Made by a program: the position numbers and the translations under genes
NCBI GenBank assembly: GCA_044892525.1
Contig: CM097885.1
Coordinates: 176,514,001-176,577,768, forward strand
Origin: Schmidtea polychroa
Lineage: Eukaryota
DNA length: 63,768 nt
Reading direction: 5' to 3'
Notes under the pieces: generated by a model
The model's database searches: none
The model's input: only the letters and a program-made list of their open reading frames with translations
What the model was told of the DNA's origin: nothing
In this document: piece by piece, positions 61,280 through 63,768 of the stretch
Layout: each line of letters starts with the position of its first letter
Position numbering within the stretch: the first letter of the stretch is position 1

Positions 61280-62010
61280 TGGTTGACAACGTGGTGAAAA
61301 CTATAGAGGGTAAGATATGGATACCTAGCGACAAAAGACAAGAAATGATAAAGAGTATGCATATTTTGCTATCACACGCAGGAGCAGATAAGGTGACAAA
61401 ATATTTAGCGGACAATTACCACATGGGAGACATAAAAGAAACAATCGGACAATGTGAGGCATGTCAAAGAACGAAAGTAGTGACAAAAAAGATGAAGGAA
61501 GAGACAATAAAGCTGACAGCAGAGGAGCCGTGGGAAAAAGTGTACATTGATATATGTGGCCCATTACAGGAAACATTCAGAAAGAAAAGATATATAGTCG
61601 CAATGATTGATCAATTTAGCAGATATATCTCTCTGACTGCTGAAACAATACTATAAAAATGGATTCTTAGATTTGGAGCACTAAAGGAAATTCACACAGA
61701 TTGTGGAAAAGTATTTGAATCTAAGACAATGAAAGATTTTACAAAATTAATGTGAATTACACTATGCTTTTCAAGTCCATATCACCATAATACAAATGGT
61801 GTGATAGAACGTAAATTCAGGACAACAAGAGACTATATAAATGTATCATTAAAAGAAAAAAAGTAGAACAGATTGGACAGAGATTATACCATAGATTGAA
61901 TTTACCATGAATGCAACATTTCAGAAATCAATTGGACAAAGTCCCGCAGAAGTAATATTTGGAAGAAAAATAGGTCGAGAAATATTTTTGTGTAAAGCGA
62001 CGATTACATG
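61280..62010 (+). pseudogene. Ty3/Gypsy integrase fragment
   Basis: H..LSHAG...CEACQRTK, PWEKVYIDICGPL, MIDQFSRY, IHTDCGKVFES, SPYHHNTNGVIER, QSPAEVIFGR. Confidence 0.92.
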
Positions 62011-62673
62011 AAATTATGTCATTAACTTTTGAACCTGATTTAAAAAATAATTTAGAAGGTGTGTCATTTCTTTTTTCTTCTTTCCCAATTATGTTTTACC
62101 TATAATTTTGATATTTTAGAAAATTGTATATAGAAAATTGCACTAAATATTATTATATATTACTCTAGATTGTCAGCAAATAATTCTTTTTTGTATTCAA
62201 TTAATAAAAATTAAATTCATAAATCTTTTGCTGGCCCATCTTATACTGCCTTTACTTAGGAAATATATTCATCCCATCTCCACATAAAAACAATTGGGAA
62301 ATCTAATATAACGAATGACAGTTATAACCAAATAGTTCCCGAATGTGTTAGGAAATTGCTGATTTAAACAAAATCTAAGTTTGTTTAATTTTATAATTTA
62401 CAAACATAAAATGATAACAAGTTTCACACCAGGCCTTTGTATTTTTATACCAATTGTTATTTTTTGATTTTCAGGCTCACTGAATCTGCCATCGCTTGTT
62501 TGGTAATTTTACCGCAACATCAAATAAGACAAAATTATTCCAATTTGTATGACAAGTTCCACAATTCGATTTATTAGAATATATTTTTAGACATTCATGT
62601 CATATTCTAAAATTCGGTAATAAATTTCAAAGGTTGACAATCATAAGAATTTCAAAGGTTACAAATTTTGACC

Positions 62674-62726
<53 letters not shown>
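62674..62726. repeat. (AAT)n microsatellite
   Basis: About 17 perfect units. Confidence 0.97.
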
Positions 62727-62728
<2 letters not shown>

Positions 62729-63000
62729 TGACTTGTTTTCAATGTTTTATTAGTTTTGAGCTATATTTATAACGATGGTGCTTGTTAATCACATTGTATT
62801 AGTGAGTGATATGGTTCATATAATGCATACATACGAGAGCAAGATTGATCCGATTCACGTGAGAGAACGTTCTAGTAATTGCACACATTCTCTATAAAAT
62901 TTGTAGGTGGTTCAAACAAAGCCAATATCTAACCCACTGCACATAAAATTTGTCATTATTTCAATTTATTACAGGCTTTTAATTTGAATTTCTTTTCAAA

Positions 63001-63467
63001 ATGGATCCACGTAAGTAGAAGTGCAATTTGTTTTTAAATTTAACGCAGTCTTAGATATTCCAGCGGAAACAACAGTCGTTGTTGAGCAAACCCCTCATGG
63101 AACAAGTGATGCTACTGTAATCGTTCAAAATCAAGCACCGATTTGTGGGCCGCCGATTTATCCAGGACACGCAGGAGTTACCGTCACCACTCCAGGTATT
63201 CATTGTCCACCTATGTATATGGGACAACAGCCTACTGTCGTTGTTCAAGGCCAAGCTCCTTATATGGGATACCCAGGACAATCTACAGTTGTTATTCAAA
63301 ACACCGGTGTTCATTACGACCCCGCCATGGAGGAAGATCGAGATGATGATGGCTATATTATCGACGACGATTATTATTATTTTGACAAAGGATATTACAC
63401 AGACGAAGATTATTACAGCAAAGATCACTATTGGAAATATTTCAAAACTCATGTAAATTTAGTTTAA
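63001..63467 (+). CDS. Spliced low-complexity protein (Pro/Gly/Val/Gln repeats, Asp/Tyr-rich tail)
   Basis: ATGGATCCAC|GTAAGT donor at 63011; acceptor at 63048 or 63054, both in frame with the 63021..63467 ORF; repeated T-V-(V/I)-(V/I)-(E)Q motifs. Confidence 0.6.
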
Positions 63468-63768
63468 TAGCATTCGGTATTTTTATCGTATGTTTTTTAG
63501 AGTGGTGAAAAGTTCAAATATTCAAGAAAATAAATTTTGTTATGGGAAATATAGACAATTTTCAATATTATTTGTTGTGTGATCACATCAGCATAGCTTA
63601 CATTTACCATTTTGACAATTTTTGGTACAACTTTTTAATAAAGCTGAAATCTTATGATATAAAATTTATAATATGGACATTTTTATTATATTTTTACGGT
63701 TTTTAATGACATAATTTAATAATCCAAAGAAGTATAAAACATATCGAACTTATTATATTCGATTCTAT

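Overview
AT-rich eukaryotic genomic DNA with two N-gaps and very short introns (38-53 nt). A PPM1D/Wip1-type phosphatase points to an animal, and a divergent RPL15 to a fast-evolving lineage; a myxozoan-like parasite is my low-confidence inference. Host genes are few: a 3-exon PPM1D-like PP2C (minus strand, one GC-AG intron), a 2-exon RPL15, a small ORF behind it and a Pro/Val/Tyr-rich spliced gene at the right end. The rest is a nest of mobile DNA: four hAT transposons, pogo/Tigger and Tc1 remnants, hAT and piggyBac MITEs, three Ty3/Gypsy fragments and a NeSL-like non-LTR retrotransposon with one canonical and two degenerate Ulp1 protease domains. The most unusual signal is a family of 3-4 kb LTR-like elements bounded by TGTTGGG...CCCAACA with 4-5 bp target duplications (two complete copies, four further right ends). 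Their cargo is variable: a protein family I do not recognise (CxxC + coiled coil + Arg-rich motif + acidic FDLDE tail; 4 copies), antisense membrane-protein-like ORFs, and a covarying structured RNA 230-270 nt from the right end. A chuvirus-like envelope glycoprotein start lies nearby. All alignments, translations and folds were done by eye; no database searches were run.
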